Assembly: GCA_017452585.1 (NCBI GenBank)
Contig: JAFTMD010000040.1
Location: 1-55,605 of the forward strand
Origin: Clostridia bacterium
GTDB lineage: Bacteria > Bacillota > Clostridia > Christensenellales > Borkfalkiaceae
Direction: 5' to 3'
DNA length: 55,605 bases
In this document: positions 1 to 8,505 of the stretch, piece after piece
Layout of the letters: every line of letters starts with the position of its first letter
How positions within the stretch are numbered: the stretch's first letter is position 1
Position numbers and translations under genes: made by a program
Notes under the pieces: model-generated
What the model was told of the DNA's origin: nothing
What the model saw: the letters and a program-made list of their open reading frames with translations, nothing else
The model's database searches: none

Positions 1-1822
1 CATCAATCGAAGTTACGCTGTCGGGGATCACCATGCTCGTCAAGCTGTTACAAAAACGGAATGCAGAATCATCAATCGAAGTTACGCTGTCGGGGATCAC
101 CATGCTCGTCAAGCTGTCGCAATAAGCGAATGCCCAAGAACCAATTGAAGTTACGCTGTCGCCAATCATCACACTTGTCAAACTGTCACAATTACGGAAC
201 GCAGAATCATCAATCAAAGTTACACTGTCGCCAATCACCACACTTGTCAAGCTGGTGCAATTAGAAAACGCATCCTCACCAATCGTCTTTACAGGCAAAC
301 CTTTGTAGGTGTTTGCAATGACAATATCCGTATCTTCACAAGTGCCAATTCCGCTGACGATATAATAGGTTCCATCATAGGAAAGGGTGTATTTCAACCC
401 CTCGCTTGCTTTAAGCACGTCACCCCAAATTGCAATTCTACCATTAACGTAATGCCAATAATTGCCTTCTTCAGTGGGTTGGTTTTCGCTGTAATAATAA
501 CGGGTTGCATTGATTAAATTATCATTATAAAAGTAGCCGATTGAAATTTTCTTCCAATCTTTCTCCAGACCTTTGTAATATACGCTCGTCAGGCTCTTGC
601 AATAATCGAACGCAAGATCATCAATTGAAGTTACGCTGTCACCAATCACTACACTTGTCAAGTTAGCACAATTTTCGAACGCAGAAAGACCAATCGAAGT
701 TACGCTGTTACCAATCACTATGCTTGTCAAATTGTCGCAATTTTCGAACGCCCCTCTACCAATCGAAGTTACGCCGTCAGGAATAGTAAATTTCGTTGCT
801 ATTTTTCCAATGGCATATTGAATCAATGTTTCCCCATCTTTTGTATATAAATTTCCGTCTATGGATTGATAGTTTGCATTTCCTTCGTGTACTGTAATGC
901 TCGTCAAGCTATCGCAAGAACGGAACGCATACTCATCAATAGTCGTTACGCTGTCGGGAATGGTAAATTCCGTTGCCGTTTTCCCGATTGCATATTGAAT
1001 AAATATTTTCCCATTCTTTGTATATAAATTTCCGTCTATGGATTGATAGTTTGCATTTCCTTCGTGTACTGTAATGCTCGTCAAATTGCCGCAATCACGG
1101 AACGCCTGATTACCAATCGAAGTTACGCCGTCGCCAATCATCACGCTTGTCAAGTTAGCACAATCTTCAAATGCATTGCAACCAATACTTGTCACGCTGT
1201 CGGGAATCACCACGCTCGTCAATCTTTCGCAAGCATCGAACGCATCATCACCAATCGAAGTTATAGGTTTCCCTTCGTATGTAGAAGGAATGACAAGAGC
1301 CGTATCCGTACAGGTGCCAATTCCACTGACGATATAATAGATTCCATCATCAGAAAGGGTATATTCTAACCCTTCGCTGGCAGTTTTTTCTAAAACAGGA
1401 ATCTCTTCCGTCTGTAAAACTTCATGACAAACGGTGCATTCCTTATATTTAGATCCTGCATTTTCATATGTAGCTTCTTTATCCACAATCCAATCGCTTT
1501 CCGTATGGCCAAGTTTCTGTACGGGAGTATCGGTATAGTTATCTCCGCATTCGCAGGTATAGGTGGTAAATCCGCCCTCCGTGCAAGTGGGTGCCGTTAC
1601 CGTTTCCGTATAAGAATGTACGTGCTCGCCCGAAGGGGGAGTCAACGTGGAATCACCATCTGTGCTGTTAGACGAAGAGTCAGCATTTGGGGGGGCAGTG
1701 GTGGAGTTGCTATTTGTGCTATTGGACGAGGAGTCGGTTGGCGAAGGCCCACAAGCGGCTACGCACGCCAAAGTGGCGCTTGCTAGCAATAAAATTGCCA
1801 AAAGTTCCCGTGACTTTTTCAT
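1..1822 (-). CDS. BspA-like leucine-rich-repeat (LRR_5 type) surface lipoprotein; 3' end runs off the left edge
   Basis: Absent from the ORF track because the reverse frame stays open to position 1. Reverse-strand ATG at 1822-1820, AGGAGG at 1836-1831. My translation starts MKKSRELLAILLLASATLACVAACGPSPTDSSSNS (signal peptide, VAAC lipobox, Ser/Asn/Thr linker). A Cys-rich segment follows, then many ~23-aa units of the form DSVTSIGxxAFxxCxxLTSVxI. Confidence 0.8.
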   Translation of the reverse strand, partial: MKKSRELLAILLLASATLACVAACGPSPTDSSSNSTNSNSTTAPPNADSSSNSTDGDSTLTPPSGEHVHSYTETVTAPTCTEGGFTTYTCECGDNYTDTPVQKLGHTESDWIVDKEATYENAGSKYKECTVCHEVLQTEEIPVLEKTASEGLEYTLSDDGIYYIVSGIGTCTDTALVIPSTYEGKPITSIGDDAFDACERLTSVVIPDSVTSIGCNAFEDCANLTSVMIGDGVTSIGNQAFRDCGNLTSITVHEGNANYQSIDGNLYTKNGKIFIQYAIGKTATEFTIPDSVTTIDEYAFRSCDSLTSITVHEGNANYQSIDGNLYTKDGETLIQYAIGKIATKFTIPDGVTSIGRGAFENCDNLTSIVIGNSVTSIGLSAFENCANLTSVVIGDSVTSIDDLAFDYCKSLTSVYYKGLEKDWKKISIGYFYNDNLINATRYYYSENQPTEEGNYWHYVNGRIAIWGDVLKASEGLKYTLSYDGTYYIVSGIGTCEDTDIVIANTYKGLPVKTIGEDAFSNCTSLTSVVIGDSVTLIDDSAFRNCDSLTSVMIGDSVTSIGSWAFAYCDSLTSMVIPDSVTSIDDSAFRFCNSLTSMVIPDSVTSID

Positions 1823-1909
1823 GTAAAAGTCCTCCTATAATAATAATTGTAAAAGGTGTCGCTTACTATTATATAAACGAACGTACAAAATTCGATGTAT
1901 CGCAACTTT

Positions 1910-1938
1910 ATTATACCACTTTCTTTTTTAAATTGCAA
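1910..1938 (-). promoter_or_regulatory. sigma-70-type promoter of LRR gene 1
   Basis: Reverse strand: TTGCAA (1938-1933), 17-nt spacer, TGG-extended TATAAT (1915-1910). Same architecture as the promoter at 4599-4627. Confidence 0.6.
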
Positions 1939-1961
1939 TATGTTTATGAAATTTTCCGGGA

Positions 1962-1998
1962 TAAAAAAAGAACGAAGTTTTTACGCTTCGTCTTTTTT
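1962..1998 (-). terminator. weak intrinsic terminator after LRR gene 2
   Basis: 6-bp stem ACGAAG/CTTCGT (1972-1977 / 1986-1991) flanked by an A7 run and a T6 run. The stem is short, so confidence is modest. Confidence 0.45.
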
Positions 1999-2019
1999 AC
2001 ATAAGTTTATTTTATTTGA

Positions 2020-4500
2020 TTATTTCTTATAATTCCAAACAACGGTGCAATAGTTGGTGCCGTTGGAGTGGTTATAACAATAGCTCCAATCTGCTTCCCA
2101 ACCTTCGGGTTGCGTGGGAACTTCGCAATATACCGTCACGTTTTCACAGTGGTGGAGAATGCAAGAACCAACGTTGATTACGTTTTGAGGGATAACCAAT
2201 TCAGTCAAGCTTCTGCAGTTTTCAAACGCGCCGTCATCAATCGTTGTCAACGTTTCGGGAAGGGTGATCGATTGGATATTCGCGCAACCGTAGAAGGCGT
2301 ATGCCGTGATTTCCGCGCCACCCGTGAGGGTTACCGCTTTCAACGCGGAGGGTACGCATTTTGCGTTGTCAGCATAATTTGCTGCGCCGAAGATATACCC
2401 GAAGTGGGTGTTTTCCGTGCCGTTCAATTCTGCGCCGAGGAAGGGAAGGGTGATGGATTGTAAACTTCCACAACCTGCAAATGCAGATTTGCCAATCGAG
2501 GTTACTTTGGAAGGAACGACGATGGAAAGCAAGCTGCTGCAATTTGCAAAAGTATTCGCGCCGATTGCCGTCAACGTTTCGGGAAGAGTGATCGACTGGA
2601 TGTTTGCGCAGTTTGCAAATGCGGAATCCACGAGGAACAAGCCCTTATGAATGACAACTTTTTTCAAAGATTTGGGTACGTTATCCGCGAAGATGAAGCC
2701 GAAGTCCTTATTTTGCGTTTCTGCCAACGTTTCGCCAACGAAGGGAAGTTCGATAGATGTCAAACCGGAACAGCCATAGAAAGCGCCTTCGCCGATAATG
2801 GTAACGGTGTTGGGAACAACAACGTTCGTGATGGATTTGCAACCCATGAATGCGTAGGGAGCGATGGTTACAACGCTGCCGTCTGCGGGAATGATGCTCT
2901 TATTTGTACCAACCAACAAGGTTTGCGTGGTTCTGTCGATCAAGCAGTTGTCTACGGTCTTATATCTTGCGTTTTCCGCATCGATAGTGATTTCCTGTAA
3001 ACCGCCACAGTTATAGAAAGCATTTTCCCCAATCGAAGTAATCGTCTTAGGAAGGGTGATCGACGTCAAGTAGCTGCAATTCTTAAATGCGTTTGCAGCG
3101 ATGATTTCGCCACCCGTCAATTTTACAGTTTTCAAGCTGGAGGGAACGCTTCCGCCGAAGATATAAGCGAAGGTAGAATCGTTCGCAGCCACTGCATCAG
3201 ATCCAAGGAAGGGAAGGGTGATTGCGGTCAAACTGTTGAATCCTTCAAATGCGCCTTCACCGATAGAAGTAATCGTTTGGGGAATATTGAGAGTGGAAAC
3301 GTTGGAACACAATGCAAACGCACCGTCTTCAATCGTGGTGATGTTTGCATGGAAATACAAATCCGTCAAAGAGGAGCAACCATAGAAAGCGTTTTCTTCA
3401 ATGACGTTCATGCTGTAGGGGAAGGTAATTTCCTTCAAGGAAGAACAACCTTGGAAAGCTGCTTTACCGATGGATTCGATGTTATCGTGCAAGGAAACTG
3501 TTTCCAAACCAAAACAGCCGTAGAAAGTTTTGGGTTGAATTTCCGTCACTTTCGTGGGGATAGTCAATTTTTGCAAGCTGGAGCAATTATAGAAAGCCTC
3601 TTCGCCAATCGTTTTAACGGTTTTGGGAATGGAGAAGGATTCCAAGTTTTTGCACTGATAGAAAGCCTGATCCTCAATTGCAGTAACGTAGGACATTTCA
3701 AAGGATTCCATAGAGGAACAACCATAGAATGCCTGTTGAGGAATGGTTTCTACATCCGAGGGTAAATCCATCGAATTCAATTGAGCGCAACCATAGAATA
3801 CTCTATCGCCGATAGACGCCAATAGGCTGTTGAAATCGTATGTAACGCTTGCAAGTGAGGTGCAACCTTCAAAGGTTGACGTACCAATGGACGTAGTAGC
3901 TGCAGGAATCTTGATAGAGGTCAAGCTGGAGCAGTTATAGAACGCTCTGTCTGCAATGATCTCCAATTCGTTGGAGAGGGAAACCGTCTTCAAACTGGTG
4001 CATCCTGCAAAAGCATTGGCGCTGATCCCTTTCACTTGAGAGGGCAATTTAATTTCTTCCAACGAAGTACATCCTTCAAACGCGCCTTCGGAAATGCAAC
4101 ACAATTGAGAAGGAGCTTTCGTCGTGGTGACGAAGGTAACCGATTTCAAATTGGTGCAACCCTTGAATGCGTCTTTTCCGATGGAGGAAACCGATGCGGG
4201 AATACGAATGGAAACGACGTCTTCGCAATTCAAGAAGGCTTCGTCTTTAATTTCCGTGATACCTTGCGAAATAGCAATCTTTTTCATACCCAAGTCCACG
4301 GCGGTCTTGTATTCGCCCAAGCCAATCATGATGAGAGGCAACACAGTAAAGACGAAAAGCCCTGCCAGAGCAACTACGCTGGCAACTGCCATCGCAACGG
4401 TATTCACCAAAGAGCGTTTGGTAAACACATTAGAGCTCTTTTTGGTGGCAGTGGGGTATACTGCCTTTTCATTCGCTTTTGTTTTTTCTTTTCTACTCAT
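2020..4500 (-). CDS. BspA-like leucine-rich-repeat surface protein with N-terminal signal-anchor helix
   Basis: ORF track 2020..4569. Start moved to the ATG at 4500 (GAGGTG 7 nt upstream; MSRKEKTKANEK). A basic N-tail and one TM helix (VNTVAMAVASVVALAGLFVFTVLPLIMIGL) are followed by more than 25 repeats of AFxxCxxLxSIxIPxxVxxIG. Confidence 0.85.
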   Translation of the reverse strand: MSRKEKTKANEKAVYPTATKKSSNVFTKRSLVNTVAMAVASVVALAGLFVFTVLPLIMIGLGEYKTAVDLGMKKIAISQGITEIKDEAFLNCEDVVSIRIPASVSSIGKDAFKGCTNLKSVTFVTTTKAPSQLCCISEGAFEGCTSLEEIKLPSQVKGISANAFAGCTSLKTVSLSNELEIIADRAFYNCSSLTSIKIPAATTSIGTSTFEGCTSLASVTYDFNSLLASIGDRVFYGCAQLNSMDLPSDVETIPQQAFYGCSSMESFEMSYVTAIEDQAFYQCKNLESFSIPKTVKTIGEEAFYNCSSLQKLTIPTKVTEIQPKTFYGCFGLETVSLHDNIESIGKAAFQGCSSLKEITFPYSMNVIEENAFYGCSSLTDLYFHANITTIEDGAFALCSNVSTLNIPQTITSIGEGAFEGFNSLTAITLPFLGSDAVAANDSTFAYIFGGSVPSSLKTVKLTGGEIIAANAFKNCSYLTSITLPKTITSIGENAFYNCGGLQEITIDAENARYKTVDNCLIDRTTQTLLVGTNKSIIPADGSVVTIAPYAFMGCKSITNVVVPNTVTIIGEGAFYGCSGLTSIELPFVGETLAETQNKDFGFIFADNVPKSLKKVVIHKGLFLVDSAFANCANIQSITLPETLTAIGANTFANCSSLLSIVVPSKVTSIGKSAFAGCGSLQSITLPFLGAELNGTENTHFGYIFGAANYADNAKCVPSALKAVTLTGGAEITAYAFYGCANIQSITLPETLTTIDDGAFENCRSLTELVIPQNVINVGSCILHHCENVTVYCEVPTQPEGWEADWSYCYNHSNGTNYCTVVWNYKK

Positions 4501-4598
4501 TTTTTTCACCTCAAAATGGAGTGTATTAGAACACAAAAGTAGTACACTTCCGCAAGAAGTATACTTCACTTAAAGTATCCCATAATTGTCATAACACT

Positions 4599-4627
4599 AT
4601 TATACCATGTATTTTTAAAAATTGCAA
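4599..4627 (-). promoter_or_regulatory. sigma-70-type promoter of LRR gene 2
   Basis: Reverse strand: TTGCAA (4627-4622), 17-nt spacer, TGG-extended TATAAT (4604-4599). Confidence 0.6.
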
Positions 4628-4736
4628 TAGTTTTGGGAAAAATTTTCACTAAAAAATTTACAAATTGCAAGCTTTTTTATGGAAAAATTTTCCTAACAGC
4701 CGGAAAAACAATTTTTTTAAAAAATTGCGTATGCGC

Positions 4737-5708
4737 TCACACTTTTTTCAACTGATAGATGGTTGTCGTTTTATAGCTATCTCCCTTTTTCAAAATGGGG
4801 GAGGGATAGCGATCACAATGGATTGCATTGGGGAAGTTTTGCGTCTCCAAAGCGATTCCGTTTGGATTGCCGGTGTAGATTTGCATGCCGGGTTGATCTG
4901 TCCAAACATCCATAGAAATGCCACTTTCCGTTGAGGAGAGGGTGGCAATTTTGCGAAGACCTTCCCCGTTCAAAACGAAGTTTTCGTCGTAGCACCCACG
5001 CTTATTGAGGACGGGATCCTGGGAAAGATCCGTGCAGAAAGGACGGGGAGCACGGAAATCGTAAAGGGTATTCTCCACCGAGAGGAACGTGTTGTGGGGG
5101 ATGAGTTTCTCATCCACGGGCGTAATCTGGTCAGCGTCAATGGACAAAAGCAACCCTTCCGTCGTCTTTTCAATGCCGTGGAGGTTGAAATAGGTGTGGT
5201 TGGTTAAATTGACGATGGTGTCTTGGTCGCATTGCGCTTCGTAATCAATGCGCAACCCCTCATTTTCCAGCGTATAGGTAACAATCGTCTGCAAAGTGCC
5301 GGGGAATCCCTCCTCTCCGTCGGGGCTGACATAGCGCAAGCGCAGCTGCGTTTCGCTTTCGAAAAGAACTTCCCAAAGCTTGTCGTGAAAACCGCTTTTC
5401 CCGCCGTGTAACGTGTTGTTTCCTTCGTTTTGTGTTAAGTGATACGTCTTGCCGTTTAAGGTAAATTGCCCGTTTTCAAGACGATTTCCCAAACGACCAA
5501 TGATAGCGCCGTAATACCCATCACCATCTTGATAGGCTTCCGCGCTCTCCCTCGTCAAAGCGATAGAGAGTGGATTGCCCTGTTTATCGGGATAACGGAT
5601 GCTTTGAACGATCCCCCCGTAGGTCAAAATAGACACTTCCAAATTTCTCTGTCGCAGCGTGTAGCAATAGATGTCTTGCGAATTGAATTGCCCAAATAAA
5701 GTACGCAT
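4737..5708 (-). CDS. galM: aldose 1-epimerase (galactose mutarotase)
   Basis: 323 aa. GAIIGRLGNRLENGQFTLNGKTYHLTQNEGNNTLHGG and TNHTYFNL resemble aldose-1-epimerase family signatures. The gene is divergent from a Leloir operon. Confidence 0.9.
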   Translation of the reverse strand: MRTLFGQFNSQDIYCYTLRQRNLEVSILTYGGIVQSIRYPDKQGNPLSIALTRESAEAYQDGDGYYGAIIGRLGNRLENGQFTLNGKTYHLTQNEGNNTLHGGKSGFHDKLWEVLFESETQLRLRYVSPDGEEGFPGTLQTIVTYTLENEGLRIDYEAQCDQDTIVNLTNHTYFNLHGIEKTTEGLLLSIDADQITPVDEKLIPHNTFLSVENTLYDFRAPRPFCTDLSQDPVLNKRGCYDENFVLNGEGLRKIATLSSTESGISMDVWTDQPGMQIYTGNPNGIALETQNFPNAIHCDRYPSPILKKGDSYKTTTIYQLKKV

Positions 5709-5737
5709 GATAAGCTCCTGAAACTATTTTTTTTTCT

Positions 5738-5766
5738 ATTGTAACACGGAAAGATAATTTTGTCAA
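5738..5766 (-). promoter_or_regulatory. galM promoter
   Basis: Reverse strand: TTGACA (5766-5761), 17-nt spacer, TACAAT (5743-5738). Confidence 0.6.
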
Positions 5767-5799
5767 GGGAAAAGGGATAAATTAGCGAATTCATTTATC

Positions 5800-5813
5800 T
5801 CAACGCATACCTG
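5800..5813 (-). repeat. iterated motif copy (13/15 to CCATGTATGCGTTGA)
   Basis: The reverse complement reads ACAGGTATGCGTTGAGATA. It lies about 34 nt upstream of the galM -35. Confidence 0.8.
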
Positions 5814-5955
5814 TATGGGGGCTGGTGTGAAATATTGTGAAATAAGGGATATGTAGACAAAAAAGTATTATATTTCGCTTTTCATGTTTTATAATTTTGC
5901 AAAAAAATTTTTACTACAATAAATGTCAAAAATGCTGCAAATTATGCCAAAAATG

Positions 5956-5983
5956 TTGCTTTTTTAAGAAAATATGCTATAAT
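5956..5983 (+). promoter_or_regulatory. promoter of the GH2-galTKE operon
   Basis: TTGCTT (5956-5961), 16-nt spacer, TGc-extended TATAAT (5978-5983). About 180-nt AT-rich leader. Confidence 0.55.
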
Positions 5984-6162
5984 ATATAAAATGGTGATAT
6001 TTTGCCAAGTGGACAATAGGCTCGCAAATTAAAAAAAATCGTCACGAAGTGGGCGCTGGATATGAGTTTATGATTAAAAAAATAGAATTTAAGCAGAACT
6101 TATTGAAAAAAAGAAAAAGTTTTTTATAATGGTATAAATAATAAAAATTGGAGGACTATGCA

Positions 6163-8505
6163 ATGTTGCAAGTGAACTTTAACAACAATTGGAGTTGGCG
6201 TAAGCTTGGCGAAGGAGAATGGAAAGAAACCGACCTTCCCCATGACGCAATGCAGTATGAAGAACGTAAGGCAGGTATGCCCAGCGGTGTAAATGCCGGT
6301 TGGTATGATTGCTATGACTATGAATATAAAAAGACGTTCACCATTCCCAAGGAATACAAAGGCAAAAAACTCGTCTTTGAATTTGAAGGGGTATACCGCA
6401 ACGCGGAAGTGTATTTAAACGGAGAAAAGGTTGCCTATCGTCCGTATGGTTACACCAATTTTTATGTGGATGCGACCACCCATGTACGCATTGACGAAGA
6501 AAATGAGATGCGCGTTGTTGCAAAAAATTCCGATCAGCCCAACAGCCGTTGGTATTCCGGTACGGGGATCTATCGTCCCGTTTCTCTTTGGATTGCCGAC
6601 GAAAAACACATCTTGCAGAATGGCATAAAGATCAAAACATTGCAAATTGACCCCGCAGTGGTGGAAATTAAGGTGCAGACCTCTTGCGAAGGGGAAGTCT
6701 TCCTCACTTTGGAAGGAAAAACGTATACGGAGCAGACGGAAAACAACACTGCAACCTTCGTTATTTCAGTGGAAAATGCAAAGCTTTGGACACCAGAAAC
6801 CCCTACCATGTATGCGTTGAACGCAAAATTCTATGAAGATACGCGCACGGAAAAATTCGGTATTCGTCTCGTTTCTTGCACGCCTGAAAAGGGGTTCTGT
6901 CTCAACGGCAAACGCGTCATTTTGCGCGGCGCTTGTATGCACCACGACAATGGGATTTTGGGTGCGAGAGAATATCGTGAAGCGGCGTTCAGAAAGGTTG
7001 CCATCTTAAAAGAAAATGGCTACAACGCCATTCGTTCGGCGCACAACCCTTGCTCGAAGGATATGTTGGACGCCTGCGACGAATTGGGTATGCTCATGAT
7101 GGACGAGTACGTAGATATGTGGTATATCCATAAGACGATGTACGATTATGCAGATTACGTGGCAGATTGGTACGAACAGGATATCGCCGACATGATCGAC
7201 AAAGACTATAACCATCCCTGCGTTGTGATGTATTCCTTCGGGAATGAAGTAGCGGAAACGGGACAAAAGCGCGGGATTGAATTTTTCAAAAAAATGCGTG
7301 ACGTCTGTCATCGTCTGGACGGCACTCGCCCGACGACGGTTGGTGTGAATATCTTCTTCAACTGGCTTCATTCGATGGGTTTTGGCGTATACAGCGACAA
7401 GAAGGCGAAGGAAAATCCTGATGCGAAGGTGGGCAGTGAGTTCTTCAACGTCGTTGCGGGCATCATGGGGGACGGATTTATGAAATTCATGGCAACCTTG
7501 TACCCTTGTGACGTCAAGACGCGCGATTGCTATGCGGCGATGGACGTTGCCGGCTATAACTACGGTATCATGCGCTATAAGCACGACGTTAAGAAATATC
7601 CAAACCGTATTATTTTGGGTAGTGAAACCTTCTGTTCGGATGCGTACGAATTCTATGAACTTGCCAAAAAATACCCCTCCATCATTGGGGACTTCGTTTG
7701 GTCGGGATTTGACTATTTGGGCGAACTTGCCCTCGGCGCATGGGAATATAAAGAATATACGGACGACTTTGTGAAAGGCTTGGGTTGGATTTCTGCAGGG
7801 CAGGGTAGAATTGACCTTGTCGGCAATCCTTACGCAGAAACGTTGTATACGAAGGTGGCGTTTGAGTTGGAGGATAAACCTTTGATTGGCGTTGTGCCCG
7901 TCAACCACACCAACGAACGTCATTCCCCCTCCGCATGGAGATGCTCCAATGCAATTCCCACTTGGTCGTGGAATGGCTTAAACGGCCAGCCTGCCAAGGT
8001 GGAAGTGTATACGCGCGCGCCCTATGTTGCGCTCTACGTCAACGAAAAACTTGTGGGTAAGAAAAAACGTGGCAACGATTGTATGGTCAAGTTTAAAACC
8101 ACCTACTTTGACGGCGAAATTACGGCGGTCAACTTGGACGAACAGGGGAAAGAACTTTCGAGACATTCCCTCCGTACGGGTGGCAACGAAACCGTTTTGT
8201 CGGTTATGCCTGAAAAGAAAGAAGTGAAGAAGGGGGAGGTTTGCTTCGTACATCTTGCGTATACGGATAAGGCATGCAACTTTAAGCCGTTGGAACACCA
8301 CAGAATTTCCGTCAAAGTGGAAGGTGGGGAATTGTTGGCGCTTGGCCATGGCGCTCCCTTCAACAAAGAAGGTTATATGAAAGCGGATACAGATACATAT
8401 TACGGTAGAGCATTGGCCGTTGTGAAAGCAACGGGGGACAAAGTTGTCATCACTGCCACCGGAAATAACCTGGTTGGCAAAGCGGAGATTTTAGTGAAAG
8501 AATGA
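6163..8505 (+). CDS. glycoside hydrolase family 2 beta-galactosidase
   Basis: ORF track 6148..8505. Start moved to the ATG at 6163 (GGAGG 6150-6154). NAEVYLNG, WYSGTGIYRPV, KLWTPETPTMYAL and NHPCVVMYSFGNE match the GH2 layout (sugar-binding domain, acid/base region). Confidence 0.9.
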   Translation: MLQVNFNNNWSWRKLGEGEWKETDLPHDAMQYEERKAGMPSGVNAGWYDCYDYEYKKTFTIPKEYKGKKLVFEFEGVYRNAEVYLNGEKVAYRPYGYTNFYVDATTHVRIDEENEMRVVAKNSDQPNSRWYSGTGIYRPVSLWIADEKHILQNGIKIKTLQIDPAVVEIKVQTSCEGEVFLTLEGKTYTEQTENNTATFVISVENAKLWTPETPTMYALNAKFYEDTRTEKFGIRLVSCTPEKGFCLNGKRVILRGACMHHDNGILGAREYREAAFRKVAILKENGYNAIRSAHNPCSKDMLDACDELGMLMMDEYVDMWYIHKTMYDYADYVADWYEQDIADMIDKDYNHPCVVMYSFGNEVAETGQKRGIEFFKKMRDVCHRLDGTRPTTVGVNIFFNWLHSMGFGVYSDKKAKENPDAKVGSEFFNVVAGIMGDGFMKFMATLYPCDVKTRDCYAAMDVAGYNYGIMRYKHDVKKYPNRIILGSETFCSDAYEFYELAKKYPSIIGDFVWSGFDYLGELALGAWEYKEYTDDFVKGLGWISAGQGRIDLVGNPYAETLYTKVAFELEDKPLIGVVPVNHTNERHSPSAWRCSNAIPTWSWNGLNGQPAKVEVYTRAPYVALYVNEKLVGKKKRGNDCMVKFKTTYFDGEITAVNLDEQGKELSRHSLRTGGNETVLSVMPEKKEVKKGEVCFVHLAYTDKACNFKPLEHHRISVKVEGGELLALGHGAPFNKEGYMKADTDTYYGRALAVVKATGDKVVITATGNNLVGKAEILVKE
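6806..6820 (+). repeat. iterated motif copy (15/15)
   Basis: CCATGTATGCGTTGA, exact, inside the GH2 CDS, read as T-M-Y-A-L-N. The following AACGCAAAA is also shared with the copy in the glyQS terminator. Confidence 0.9.

Noticed and set aside
61-2004. Plus-strand ORFs of 67-120 aa at the left end (61..264, 1043..1369, 1424..1786, 1687..2004).
   Set aside because: They are antisense to the open LRR lipoprotein frame that runs from 1822 to the window edge. They are repetitive because the LRR DNA is repetitive.
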